Source of the DNA: Camelus dromedarius
Lineage: Eukaryota
Assembly: GCF_036321535.1 (NCBI RefSeq)
Contig: NC_087438.1
Span: 3,908,001-3,972,000 of the forward strand
Length of the DNA: 64,000 nt
Reading direction: 5' to 3'
Shown here: piece by piece, positions 1-13,469 of the stretch
Layout: each line of letters begins with the position of its first letter
Numbering within the stretch: position 1 is the stretch's first letter
Notes under the pieces: model-generated
What the model was told of the DNA's origin: nothing
The model's input: the letters and a program-made list of their open reading frames with translations, nothing else
Database searches by the model: none
Program-made: the position numbers and the translations under genes

Positions 1-3000
1 CTGTGACGGAGACACAGGAGACACGTGTGTTTCCTTGGGAATCCCTTTCGTGGTCAATCTCACAGAGTTAATGTCAGGACTAACATTAACCTGAAGGACT
101 TGGAATCACAAAGAAGAATGTGTGTTTAAAGCTTTGAGATTTAACGTTCTAAAAGGAAGTTTTAACGATGTAAAAGTGTGACGGAAGATGGAATATGATG
201 CCTTGTTTTATGTTCTCCAGATGCAAACCAGACAGGCTCAATATCTACGGCAGGAATAACCTACCCAGATGTCCGGTAGTGCCAACACTCCACCACCGAA
301 AGCAGCGAGCTGCCCTTGTGCGCGTGGAGACCCAGACCCGCTGGCCAGCTCAGCAAGAACTCACTCACGTCAAATGGAAGCCTGCAAGCGTGGGCACCCA
401 GGTCTCCATTCCATTAGGCTTTTTTGATATTGAAAGTGACAGGCTTATAAATAAAATATTGAATATCCCAGAAGTCTTGGTGGTCCTTGGAGATAACACT
501 GTATTCATACACTGAGTGACTTGATGCAGAGAAGCACGTTGCTACGATTTTGCTTCTGACTTGGAAGTGACAATATTATTTTGGAGTGAAAGGAACAGGA
601 CGGCATCTCCTGGGATCCACAAAGGTACAGTGTGGCCCCGGGGGTGGAAATTATCCATGATTTAGTACCAAGATGATTTTTGTTTGTAATTAATATTGCT
701 GCTCTGTTAGTCCTCATAAAATAATGTGGCAAATCAGTTTTCCCCGGAGACCCCACAGTGTAAACAGCAATTTTTTATGTTGTGGAGATACCGTTAGCAA
801 ATGGCATGAACTCCTCTGTAGGGCCGAGGAGCGTCGTAAATCAAGATTATGAAAGTTCAACACCGAACCCTTCCTTTTCAGTCGAGGAGGATACTGATCG
901 AACTAAACAATGAATTTGCTCAGTGGCGTCATCACTCCGCTTTGTTCTGACTACATGTCTTGTAATCTGTTTTATTTTATGGGTTAGAGAATCACTTTTC
1001 CTAATCTCCACTTCAGTCCATGGAGATGGATGGAATATCCACATAGAAAAGTTCATTTTGGTGGTGGGGTACATTTAGCAGTATGCTTAATTAGTTTGCA
1101 AAAAAAAATTGATACATGGTAAGATTCTGATTGGCAGCTTGACTGATGTAAACCATTACAGATCTGGGAAGGGGGTGGAGTCTGTTCAGTATTCTCAGCA
1201 TCTGAAACGGAGTCCACTCAGTGAGACCTGGGTCTCCCATGCTCACCAGCTGTCCTCCCGTGGGACCTGTCAAGCCTTGACGTCTGAGAGAGGCAGGTCT
1301 CTTCCCAGCCAGGTGGGGGTGACCCAGGGGAAATGGCCTCTGAGGCTGTTTTTCTGTCCCCTCCACTTTGGCTGCATTTAGCCTTCAGCATAGGAAGAGA
1401 ACATTCTTGCCTGAGCCGGGAGCTTCTGTTAGAGCATCTTTATGACTCTGTCTCAATCAGTAAAACTGTGTTTGCAGAAGATCAAGCCACTCCTGCCTGC
1501 GAACCCAGGAGTCATAGCTTATCGTCACCCAGCCTGTGGGCCCTTTAACAAGCGGAATGTCCATTCTGCTCCAAGCCTCCCTCTCCCCATGAAGAGCAGA
1601 CGTGCCAACCTGGTCCTCGTGCTCCGCCCTGGTTTGGTTCCACCCGCCTTTCTGGTTTCCTGTTGTGGAAGCAAAACCAACCCTTCTCCCTGCTGCCACC
1701 GTACAGGAGTGGACATGCAGCGTCTCCCATGTAGGCAACAGAACAAACAAACAAACACAAATCCCTGGAAAACACACGAGGCCGTCCTGTCAGGTTCTGG
1801 TCCCCGGAAACAGGAGCATTCCTTTCAGCCTCTCACTCTCAGAGGACAACCCTGCCAAACCTGACCTTGGCAACGACAGCAGACGCTTCAGGGTCCTCCC
1901 CATGCCTGACAAGCAGGGGAGGGAACGGCTGTTTTTCCATCAGGGAAAGATGAACTGTGGGCTTGCTAACCCGGACAGCCTCGTGTGCCTCCCTTCTGTT
2001 CTGTGTCTGTCGGTTATTTTATCCTTAGAACTGAACAAGCAAAGCCTTCTAAACACGAGACTCCTTCACCTGCCTCTCCAGGTAGCTTTTCTGTGGTGGC
2101 TTTTCTGAAATGCTTCTTTCTGTGTCCCTCTTTCCCAGGTGGAGCTTCCACTGAGAGGTGCTGAGGTGGACGCACCAGCGGAGACCACCAAACCAAACTG
2201 CAAAGAGCTGAACCTCTGCCACCACAGAAATGCACCTCACTGTTTGTTTTTTGCCCCAGCAGTCACACATTTTTTTTTCTTTCAATTTCCAGGGAGAATC
2301 CCGCACAGCTCTCAAGGGCTTTTATTTCTATTCTTTCTTCCCTCTCTCTCTCTCTCTGTCTCCATCTCATATCTTTAGATCCATCTCTGTCTTTTTTTTT
2401 TCTTTTTTGACTCTCTTCCTATTCTGTTTCTGGATTAAGTCAGGTTCTTAGTCACTCTGGCTCTGATTCTGATTTGAGCCTGGCCACTCACATTCTCCTT
2501 GTGTGTGCAGGCACAACTGGGAATCTTACAGTCTGACATCTGATAGTTTCTGTCGGGTGGCAAATGGTACTGTATCTGGTGATTGCATGCATGTACACCT
2601 GTGTGCACACGTGCATGAGTGCATTTGGCTTTTTGGCCATTTGGTCTTGGAACTCTGACAGCTTCTGGCATTTGAAACAGACGTCTGCTGGCCACCAGAT
2701 CACAAGATACGATTTTTGTAAGGATGATGTCATTTCTGTCCCTCTCCGCATCACTGGTTTATCTTGTCCTCTGACAATCGGGAGAATCTCTATGTTGCTT
2801 GTCTTTTCAGCATGTCTCCATGACCTCCAGTCACCGCGAAAGAGAACTTTTGTTCCCTCTGGAATGAAGGAAGTGCCTTGAGTTCTGCAGATGTAATGAG
2901 CTAGTGAGCTTGTAGGTCTGCGTGATTTTTTTTTTTTTTGACCTGTGAGTGGAGTGATACAGCTGAGGCTTCTAATTCTCTTTTTGATTGTCGAAGTGGA

Positions 3001-3123
3001 AAAGACAGATTTAATAAAAATCCCTTCCTGTCCTTTATTAAAATCATGTGTTTATAGCTGTAGCCCCGTCTGGTTCCTCGGCCAGCTGGTTTATGCAGCG
3101 TCTCGCTCACTCTCCCTGCCTCC

Positions 3124-3151
3124 ACACACAGACACACACACACACACACAC
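3124..3151. repeat. (CA)n microsatellite, one interruption
   Basis: cacacacagacacacacacacacacaca read directly. Confidence 0.9.
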
Positions 3152-6100
3152 ATTTCACAAAAACTGGCCACAGGAGTCTATGATTTTGTGCACACTCTAA
3201 GGATGCATCCTTCAGAAAGGCATAGTTCTTGACTTGACAGCCACAGCATCCTTTGTTTGCTGATATGACCTGTGACATTTTCATTCACATTATCAACAAA
3301 GGGAAGAGAGGCAGAGGTGGGAGGAAGCAGCTTTGCAGCTGTTTTTTATGTGGTTTGGAGAGCAAAGAAGAGACACAGAGGAGAGTTCTCCTTAATGTGT
3401 TGAGCACCGTGGCTGGCAGGGAATGTGGACAGACTAGGAAGCCAGGTTCTGGTACGTCTGGAACATCCTGACTTCCTAAGAAACGCAAAGGAGAGATCTC
3501 TCTCTCCTCCCTCGAAAGCACGGGCGAGCCTCATGCCGACACACAGGTGCTCAGGTCATTCTGTGGAGTATGGGAATAAACTTTAAATTTGCGGCCCTAA
3601 CTTAGCCCACAGTCCAGCTGGGCAAGGCGTGCAGAATGACACGCCACGACACGGTCGTCCATACACGCCTCAGAGCCCCACAGCCGGCCCAGGAGTTGGC
3701 CCCATTCTCTGTGTTTCTGGGCAAACACACACTGAGAGCTTCTCCCACCTTCAGGAAAAAAGGTGGGCTGTAAAATGTCTTGCTTTCAACAGGGCTTCTC
3801 TTCTGGTTAGGTTAGACATACGTCTAAGCATTTATATAAATCTAAGTGACATCAAGAATTTCCAGAAATTAAAATGATGAAAGTTGAACATCGAATGCCT
3901 CAAAACTGTCACCTTTTGCAGTTTTAGGCATTTACTCAAATCAGAAGGAAACAATGTTTAGCCATGAGTTTAGTTAATGGTCTTGCTGAATAATTTGCAA
4001 GATGAGAAAGTTTAAAAAAAATTGACAAAGCAAGTTGACAGCACGGAAAAATAGCTGACAAAATTATTTTCAGACCGGTGTGATAATTTCAGTTTTAATA
4101 TTTTTCTTTCCTCCTTTTTTAACAGAGCATAAGACATAATATTACTAACATATCCCAGTTTATACAAGATTTAGATTTATTTTATTAAAATTCCAATTAA
4201 TTTGTACTGCTAAATATCTTAGACTTTTATATAAAGCAAGCCCATTATCTTTCTAGCTATAAAATATTTCAAATTATATGTGAAAATTTTGTTAAAATTA
4301 ATTGAATTGTAATGACTGATGCCTTTTAAAGAAAGCACGTTCCTGTGAACTGCTCAGAACGTTGCAGATAACAGGACGGTGACTGTAGGGGGCAGTTACA
4401 GAAGACATCGGGTGCGTTTATGTTTGTTCATCAAGGTGAAATCAGTGTAACTTTATACTAAAATATAAATGGCTGGTTGTACCATCATGGAAAAGAAGGT
4501 AAGAAAAGACATTTTCGACAGTGTAAGGTAAGTGTGAAAAATATAAAGGGAATTAAGCTTGGGTTTATATCACTTACAAGCAATAAATTTGAGACGAGCA
4601 GTGAAACGTGTTTAAATTTTGACAAAGTTTGTTTTTGGTCAAGGAGTGTAATTATAAAATGAGAAAAAGACTTGTAAAAGCGTGTCTGCAAATGATCGCA
4701 TGGATGGCATAGAAAAGAAAAACCGGTATTTGGGTTTCCTTGCTGGTAAATGGCACACGGACCTTGGAATATGCATAATAATGTACAGACTCCGCCTTTA
4801 ACAGGCAGCAGCGCGCAGCTGCCCTGTGCCTCAGCTCCTCGCTGTCCTGTCGCCACCCAGTTATGCGGTTCCCGCCCACGCTTTCTGCTGCACTCGTGAA
4901 CTATCTCTGAACAAAATTCTTTTTCTTTCTTTCTTTTCTTTAAGCTAAAATCCCCAATAGTGATGGTTCCCCTCTGCGGAGTTTTGTTTTGCTTCATTCT
5001 AGACTGATTACTTCCTGTCTTTAAGTATTTACGACTTACGTATATGTATTGTCTTTTGTTCCAAGTTGATACCCCAGCCTCAGAATGGTAACAGTGTAAA
5101 GATGTCTTTTTTAACTCTCGGAAGGGCTTTCCTGTTGCTGGCTGGGTCCCACTAAAGGAGGCTTGCTGGACGTAATCGGGTCGGCTTGTCCTGCTCCAAG
5201 GTTTTAATTAGCTCGGCTGTGTGGTTGGAGCGCCCCTGTTGATTGAACTGACACTAAGGGAACAGGCTCATCAAAAGGTGGGACCTGCTCACTGGGTTAA
5301 TTAGGAATAAATAGAAAGTCGCTAACGTTAGGTTGGCCTTTGCAGTTTGGGTATCACGTACGCTTGCTACTGGCTAGGGACAAGCCGGCAGGGCTGATGG
5401 CATAAATGGAAATATTCTGGAGGTGTGTCAGTGTCCTCCCCAACCTCCCCGATCCGCCGTCTTAGATTAGCTTTTGGTTCCATCCTCCTCATTTGGTCAC
5501 GCACGTCCCCCGCCACGTTGACGCCTTCGCTGCCATCAGTTTACCAGAGCTGTTCCATTTTGCTGACTGAGCCTTGTCAACTGGGGTTTTCTCATTTCCC
5601 TGACACTTGTTTCAAGGCCTGGCTGTATGTGACATGCAGACCTTGAATCTTCTGGGAACTTCAAGAAACTGCCATAAATGACTAAACTCTGAGGTGCTCC
5701 TGGCCATTCCTACCACATAGACTCTACTCAGGGACTCAGAGCCTCGGTGAAAGCTGACCTTGGCCTGGGGAATGAGCCCTGCAGGCCATCACGTCTCATC
5801 CAGGACTGAGCCAGACTCCCAGGGCTCTTTTCAGGAAAGGATGACTTGGTGAAAGTCACCTGTTTAACACGAACCATCAAAAAAAAAAAAAGAAATTACA
5901 GAGGATGAAATGGACTCAAAGAGTGGATTTAATCATGATTAAATTTCTGTTTTTAATGAGCATGTGAGAAACCGTCTTGTTTCTTCTTAATCTATTTCTA
6001 ACACTCAATGTAACAGCCAATAGTTACACAAACTGGAATGAAAGTTTCTATAAATAATATCTTGTTTCAACTAATCTCTCAGATTTGAGGAAAAAGAAGA

Positions 6101-6886
6101 AAAACTTTATGAAATTTCTTACATAAAAGCTAGGAAATGGTTAGCTCACTGAAGTACTGTGATTCTAATAGAAAATATTTACGTGTATTAATTGTCTGTG
6201 TCTACAAACCTTTTTTAAAAATGATGCCACTGGTGAAATATAATGCAAGTAACTTTGCTGAATCTTTTTGCTTTTCCTGGTCCTGTAGTTACATATGTAG
6301 AGTCAATAACAGTCCTTTCTCCTTTCTAACAGAACATAATTTTAACCATGACCATGCCACAAATCCTATCTCACTAGCTATGACCAGCCTGCAGATACAG
6401 ATCTGGGATGCTTCCTCAGATGTGGAAAGACATCAGGGAAGGCTTCCCAGGAATGCTGGCTGGTGCCTGCTCTGTAGCCCAAGGGATCCTGGCCTTATGA
6501 TAGCAAGCATTGTCTCTTCCTGGCAAGGTGGGGGGAGATTGACAAATCTTGTATCTCAGAGAAAGAAGGTGCCTTTATTCTTGAAGATATTAAAGAAAAA
6601 ACATAGTGGTGATGGATTAGATGCTTCTTTCTGTCTGATCTGGTAGATTAACTCACAAGTGCAATAAAATAATTTTGACAAATAACTATGGGTTGACAAA
6701 GCCTCATCAAAGAAGTTAATTCTTAGTCTCAATGGTGTATAGCTTTAGCTTTCTAAACCACGTAATGTATTAAGAAGCATCTTTTCTAACAAGTAAATAA
6801 AGGTGGGAAGTAAAGCAAACCATAAAACTAACCATACACAATCAGAGGATCACAAAATGGTGTAGTCAGTGCCACACAATAGAGGC

Positions 6887-7345
6887 TATGGTGCACTGCG
6901 TGGTGCCCCCAGCTTTTCACCCCTCCGTGCATGCATATCCCCCATGGCCTCATCACAGACAGTCTGTACTTCCCTGACCCTTCTCTTTGGACTTGGTCAT
7001 GTGCCTTGCTTTGCCTTATGGTGTATCAGCAGAAGTGACTGTGTTCTAATTCTAAGCCGTGGAAGGTCCCACACATTTCCACTCACCATGTCGAGTCTCT
7101 GCTATTGCCATTAGAACACGTCCCCATGGGTAGCTGCTCGCTTTTCAGCCTTGGCTTGAGAGTAAGGGGTGTGGGTAGACCTGGATCCCAGATCTGATAC
7201 CTGAAGCAGAGGCATCCCTAACAAGCCCAATGTAGATCAACAAAACCCTGGAAGACCCACAGCCATGTGAGAAAAGGTAGATAACTCTTGTTCCAAAGCC
7301 CTGGTTTTGGACATGGTTGTTATGCAGCAATAAGTAACTGATACA
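6887..7345 (+). mobile_element. MaLR solo LTR (MLT1 H/I/J-like)
   Basis: Typical MLT1 3' terminus 'ggttgttatgcagcaataagtaactgataca' and internal 'acttggtcatgtgccttgctttg'. Near-identical 5-bp flanks gaggc (6882-6886) and gaggt (7346-7350) fit a TSD. Confidence 0.8.
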
Positions 7346-8199
7346 GAGGTGGATAAAACTGACTACAAGGTGGGACTGTGGTGCCTGAGTGGCTCCTTGT
7401 TTTGCTATCTTTGTCTGTGAGCTCTCATGACACATCCCACGTTCAGAGACAAAACATTTTGTACCCTGAGATAAAATAAAAAATAACAGGTACACTCTAT
7501 AGGACACTAATCTAGCTGATAAAATGAAGCTTTCCTGTAAGTTACTGTCTCCTAAGTGGAAACAACTTTATCATTGAATATTATGATACCAATGTTTAAA
7601 GATACAACTATGAGAATGTGGAAATTACTTGAGAAAATTACCATTTATCCACCATGATCAGACTATGAACTGATAAACTTGGTAGTTTTAATTTCCTACA
7701 TTTTAAATACCTGGGTTTTTTAGTTTTTCATGAGTGGTCCATCTGCAGCCTAGACTCCTTCGTACCTCTTTGCAAACAGGCGATTTTCTTTCCTAACATA
7801 TTTTGCCTGTGGTTGTCCTTCATGAAGAGTGCCTCCCACCGCCTTCATTAGCACGCTCTGTGCACCAGCACCCTTTTCCTTTTACAGCCTAGACTCCTTT
7901 CTGGGAGTCCATAGCCCTTCATACCTCTCTTAGCATGTGCTATTATTGTCCTGTGTCTACTGGTGTTTTGAACCGTATACTTTAATGCTGGTATGAGGAT
8001 GTTCCCAGCTCACAACGGGGGCTCGGTGATGCTGAATTGCTTGCAAGGCTAAGCCTGGGGCACACCCTTTTAAGGACCTCTAACAAGACTGTAAGCATAA
8101 CAATCCCATAAGAAGACATTTATCTCGTGCTCAAAGGTAAGGAAATACAAAGTTTGGCCAGGAGCTCAGAATCTGAACTTCTCAGGTCATCTGGGGTTG

Positions 8200-8385
8200 G
8201 ATGCAATCAGGACAGTGTCCTTCCTATGAGACCTCAGTGGGCAAATGAGCTTCCTCAAGGTGCCTTCTCTCCTTTTGTGGAAAGTGGTCCCTAATAATGA
8301 CCTTCTACATCTGTTACAATGGTTAAGTGCAATTATCTTTGAAAAGTGTCTGGCGCCTACCAGGTCATTTCAGCGAGGGTCACTA
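8200..8385 (+). mobile_element. Degenerate MIR SINE
   Basis: Remnant MIR core and 3' region (gggcaaatgagcttc...ctaataatgacc...aaagtgtctggc). Confidence 0.45.
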
Positions 8386-10360
8386 ATATCAGCCAATACA
8401 GATCCCTGCTGTTTGAACGAGGGTGGTTCTCTGGCTCGAGGACCAGCACCCAGTGTTAGCAGTTGTGGTGCAGGACCGTAGTCTCTTCTCCAGTAACATT
8501 CAGGAGACAGTTACAGCACCCCTAAGCAGAGATCCTGCAATCCTTCTTAACGGCAAGAAACCACGCTACGTTTTATAATGAGAACATCTCAGTTTCAAAA
8601 CAGGAAGGTCTAAATTTAGATATTTAGAGTTCTGTTTTTACTCCACAATGCAATCTGAAATATTCAGAAGCAGTACCTAATACTGAAATAATTTAACATA
8701 TGAGGTATGCTCACAGGTAATTTGTCTGGAGAACTGTTTCTCAGCCTCACAGACCTGATTCCATTTTCACTGTCTCCTGTGTGTTCAGGCAGGAGGCGGC
8801 ACGAGCGGGGGCCGAGCGCCTGGTGCTGCAGCACCTCACTTCTCTGGGGCACCGCCTGTCCGTCTAGGATGGCAGGCAGGCCCCCTTCGCCATGGCGTGT
8901 GTCCCAGGTGAAGCACACCTTCTCTGTCTTTACTGCACGGTGTTTTATGAAGTATTTCCAGAGGATGTAGAGGCAAACATTTTCATGGTGTCCTTTTTTA
9001 TTAATACAGCAGAAACACCCCAGCATATTCAAGTATTTGATCAAAGGATGATTATAAACCATGTGTTTAAAATAGCTGTGTATGAACCACAGTAGATTTT
9101 TATAGCATATTGGATATACTCGTATCAATCGAATGATTCTTACAGCTCCTTATTATCAGTGAGATTCACTACCAAAATGAACAAAAGCCTTAGTGTTGTC
9201 CTGAACTCAATAGGGGAAGCAAAAACCAGAATGCTGTCTTAACGGCTTCTGATACAGCCCAGGACGGCTGTAAACGAAAACCAGCCAGAACCATGTGGAA
9301 GGAGCATTGGGCTGACCATCAGCTGAAGGGCTGTGAGCGGGCCACCAGCAAGAAGACTGAAGAGGTGACAACTGAAGAATGTCAGCAATGACAGTCGAAT
9401 CTGTGGCTCCAGACAGATGGACACGGCTAATGACAAGGAAGGAAGTGAATATGCTGCAGAGGCTGAGACATTAAACCCAATAGCCTCACATCACTGGCTG
9501 CAGACTTTGGGCCACCACTCAGATGGGCCATAATCAGAACCTTTTCAGTAATGAGGTGTGTGAGATCACCTTTCAATTTTAATGGGAGCATTTATGTTCT
9601 CATGTCAGCTGGTGGTGATTCTTTTTCATGTAGAGAGACATTATTTAGGATAAACAGAAAATCATTTAAAAAATCCATAGGTCATCTACCCATTGTTCAT
9701 AGATTGGTTAGTACTTGAATATTCTGTTTTAATTTAGGGCTTTTATTTTTTGAGTGAATTTTTTCTAGCTCATTCTTCATGTTACAAGATCAGAATGTAA
9801 CTATTCAGAGTAAATTTATGTATTAGTAACTAGTAATTATAATTATATATATTGCAGGTTAATAAATAAAATTACTCTGAAATAATATATACAATTACAG
9901 TATCATTCTGAAGTAATATATAAAATTACATGTTGGCATATCAAGGGGTCTCTGTGTCATTTCACAAAATATCACTGAGCACAGGGTCGTGGTCATGTAC
10001 TTGAGCGTCCCCAAGACCTAATAATGAACACTAAGAATTGTTGTTAGTATAGAGGCCTGTGATCTTCAGTTGCATTTGCTCCCTCCCTCACTTATCCCTT
10101 CAACAGAGACGCATGAGCTTCTGATACGTGCCAGGCCCTGGCTGGTGGTGATGTGACCGTGAACTGGCAAGCCCTTCACTTGGGCACTGAAATGGGAAAT
10201 GACAGCCCAGTTGGGCTGATCTGATCTTGGCATCTCTGCTGGGATTGGAAGCTGTTTTATAACGGCTCATGAGAGAGAGGAAGGAGGACCATTCAAAGTC
10301 TGGAACAAAGCCAGACCCCACATGATATGGCCTCGATTTCTTTGCTCCGGTTTTAGCTTG

Positions 10361-11246
10361 TGGTAAAGACCCTTTCTTTGACTACATTTTAGTCAGGCTT
10401 CTCTGAGCCCTCTTTTTGGCTGGGCCTCAACCTTGGCCCCCATCCTTGCTGCGTTTGCCTTCCCCAGTTTTGGGAAGAATCCTGCCAAGTCACTTTAAAG
10501 AGAATCCTTACCCTTGGTCCTTAGTATCTGGTCACCCTGGCTGCCTTCAGCAAGAATCCTGTTAAGTTGATTTAGCAAGAATCCCCCCTGCCCTGATGTC
10601 TCCTCTCAGTAACTTTCCACCTGCTGGCCCCCTCGCTCTGCTCACTGGCCTGTGAGCCCCCACTGTCCTTACTGTATTCACAGTTGAGCCCAGGCTCTCT
10701 CCCTATCAACTGGAAAGAAATGCACAAGGTGAGAGCTGTGAGTTACGTTTCATTTGGGGCAAAATGAGGACTACACCCTGGGAGACAGGCTCTCAGAGAG
10801 CTCTGAGGAACTGCCCCAAAGAGGCAGGGGGGAGACAGTAAATATATTATTTTAGTGAAGGGGGATACACGCCATCAAGCACACATTTTGGCAAACATTG
10901 CCATTGGTCATGAGGAGCAAACATCTCCATTTATGACTTTACTGCCCTTCCAGACATGAGAAGATGCAGGTAACTGGGCTCATAAAAGCTTCTCCTGAAA
11001 ACGCTGAACTCTCTGAAGGTCTGTGCTGCCAGCTTTGCCCACATCACAGTGTCTCACTCCCGATCTCCACCCTGAATTCCTTGCAGGGTGTGCTGAGGGT
11101 CGGTCACTGGTCATGGCCAGTGACTTCATTCTTGAAGAGCCAGATAGTGGGTGACAGGTTTCAGCTAGCACCGCCTATTGTGATAGCCTTGAATTAAGTC
11201 TTCCTTGCCATTTTTGACACATATCAGAATAAGTTTTTCTCTAGCA
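10361..11246 (+). mobile_element. MER31-like ERV1 solo LTR, interrupted at 10704-11170
   Basis: Matches recalled MER31 motifs: 'tttagtcaggcttctctgagccc', repeated 'agcaagaatcc', and 3' 'gaattaagtcttccttgcc...ctagca'. Perfect 4-bp TSD CTTG at 10357-10360 and 11247-11250. Confidence 0.85.
10704..11170 (-). mobile_element. MER41-like (cetartiodactyl type) ERV1 solo LTR nested in MER31
   Basis: 'tatcaactggaaagaaatgcacaaggtgagagctgtgagttacgtttcatttggggcaaaatgaggact...ctctcagagagctctgaggaactgc' resembles the reverse strand of recalled bovine MER41-type LTRs. Ends in CA. Confidence 0.7.
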
Positions 11247-13469
11247 CTTGTCAACAAACTCAGGCCCTTTTTTCCGAATCTTAAATTAGCATGAGACTTA
11301 CAAAGAGCCTGGCTAATTCAAACTGATGGCGTGAGAACCCATCACAAATCACCAAACTGTGATGTGGACAGTCAGATGGCACAGTGGAGTGGGACTGCCT
11401 GAATCTGTGTGTGTCAGTGATGGGGAACAGCTGAGCATCGATGCCCACCCTACACCCAGCCCTCCAATTCCTGTGTTGTTTGTTACAAGGCTTTTTAGGT
11501 TCCTACATATATATTAGCCCACGCTTCTCTCTTGAGGTTTTAAACCCTGAGAGCACAAGGGTATCTCCGTGAGACCTCACCCTACTTCTCCTGGGCCGCT
11601 CTCAGGCTCTGTGGCTCCATCCTGTGGAACCGAGGTGCGATCCTCCTACATAAACCTCACAGGGAACCACAGGTGCGGCAGGACGTGGACAGAGCAAGAG
11701 AGCATCTCCTGTGCGGAAGGCCCTGAGAAAACCCTGCTGAGCCAGCACCCGACCTGACTCAAGAGCAGAGACCACCTTCCCAGGGCTCACAGTGCCTGAG
11801 GATGGAGGGCAGGTCCCACCCAGTGTGTCCCAGAGAGCCTGGCCCAGAGTCCCGCAGGACACGGTGGTTTAAGGGCTGGCTTCTGCCAGTGCATCACAGC
11901 TTGCTTGGACCAGAACCTGGCTTGGAGGTCACAAAGAGCTGCAAACCCACAGGGACAGTGTGGCCCTGCCCACAGCCTCCGAGTGACTGTCTCTGTCTAG
12001 GACCGACTCTGATGACATCATTGGAATAAGTCCATGATGCTCCCTTCCAGCAGCTCCCTCTTCTCCCAAATTTCCTTGGCCTCCTTCGGCATCTCGTGTT
12101 TGGAAGAACATCTGGGGCACCAGTGGCAGAGTGGCAACTGTGCCCAGGCTTTGGGGGGGGGCAGCGAACGAGCAGAGAGACATTTCCTGCCTCTTCTGTG
12201 TCTGCTTCCTACACACAGGAGGCACCGGCTAACTGCATCTTTATTTCCACTTCTCCCACATCAGGCTCCAAGGTATCATTTTTATTAGCTTAATTTAAGT
12301 GTTAATCATTCTGAATTAGAAAAAAATACTTTCCCTTATTAAGAAGATAATTTTTCAATTAAAACCTTAAACTAGCCTTATAAAAATTAATCAGATAAAG
12401 TTAAATATATCTCAATACATTGCGTGAAGAAACCAACAATTTCTGTCTTTTCAGCACCACTATTAATAGGCCTGGTTAAACGTACATTTTACAGAGCCAG
12501 TGGCATGAGATACTCAGTGGAGGCATTAACTTTAGCACGTCTGTTATTAGAAAATGTCTAGACCATAATGTTTGAAGTGCCTTTTTAGTATTACAAAGAT
12601 AATTTTGGGCCGTGTTTTCATTTCAGTGCTTAACCTCTTCTACAGTATTTATTGTGTGGGAATTTAATACAAGCTAAGTACTTGTGGTGACTGTTAGTTT
12701 TTGATGACTTGAGACAACCCAAAGGGTTGGTTTTTGAAATTAAACTCCCAGGAATCAGCCGTGTTACCCAATTACTAATTATTTCAAGACTATAAGGAGT
12801 CACAAGACACAGGCCGAGCAGGCAGAGGTCTGGGACATGAGCTTGGGTCTCACTGTTCCCAGATTAACATATAAAATCATTAAATAGTAAATAGAGACAC
12901 ATTTTCTGACCAGTAAGTGTGCATTTGGTTATGAAACACACCCATTTCATACCCAAATAGTTACATAAGTTCCATGTCATTTTCCAAGGGGCCATACCCC
13001 AGAAAGGCCCAGCTTCTAGGTTTGTTTTCTGTCAGAAATCCTAGTCTACCGGCCACATCCTACTGGAAGCAACCTGGAAATCCAGACTCTCTAAGGCCCT
13101 CAAGTATCGTTGATTTGGTGGCCAGCGTTCCGTCAGCACCTCATTTACAAGGTCTGACCTGTTCACTCTCTATCAGTCTGTCTGTCTATTATCTGTTCAT
13201 CCACCAGTCAATCTATTGATCTATTTATCCCACCTGTATATATTTCCATCTCTGTTTTCCTACCAATCGATTTAGAGAGAACAAGGGATGGAGGAAAAGC
13301 CTTCAGAAGCCCACGTACTTCCTCAGGACTAATGAAAAGATCTTTCATTGGTGTGTATGTACACTTTTTTTTTTCTTTTTCTTTCAGTGAATAAAGCTTC
13401 TTGAGGGCAGCTTTGTGAGTAAGAAGCCAGTGCTTCACCAGTGACACATCACACGGTAAAATCTCAGCT

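Noticed and set aside
221..401. Plus-strand acceptor (tgttctccag|) followed by an open frame
   Set aside because: No good donor (cag|gtctcc) and the peptide is unrecognised. Could be a non-coding exon but this is unsupported.
2139..2250. Strong plus-strand acceptor (ccctctttcccag|GTG)
   Set aside because: No matching donor and no recognisable product; such sites are common by chance in 64 kb.
3880..4330. AT-rich segment with faint resemblance to a hAT transposase C-terminus (..NGLA..)
   Set aside because: Too degenerate to call without a profile search.
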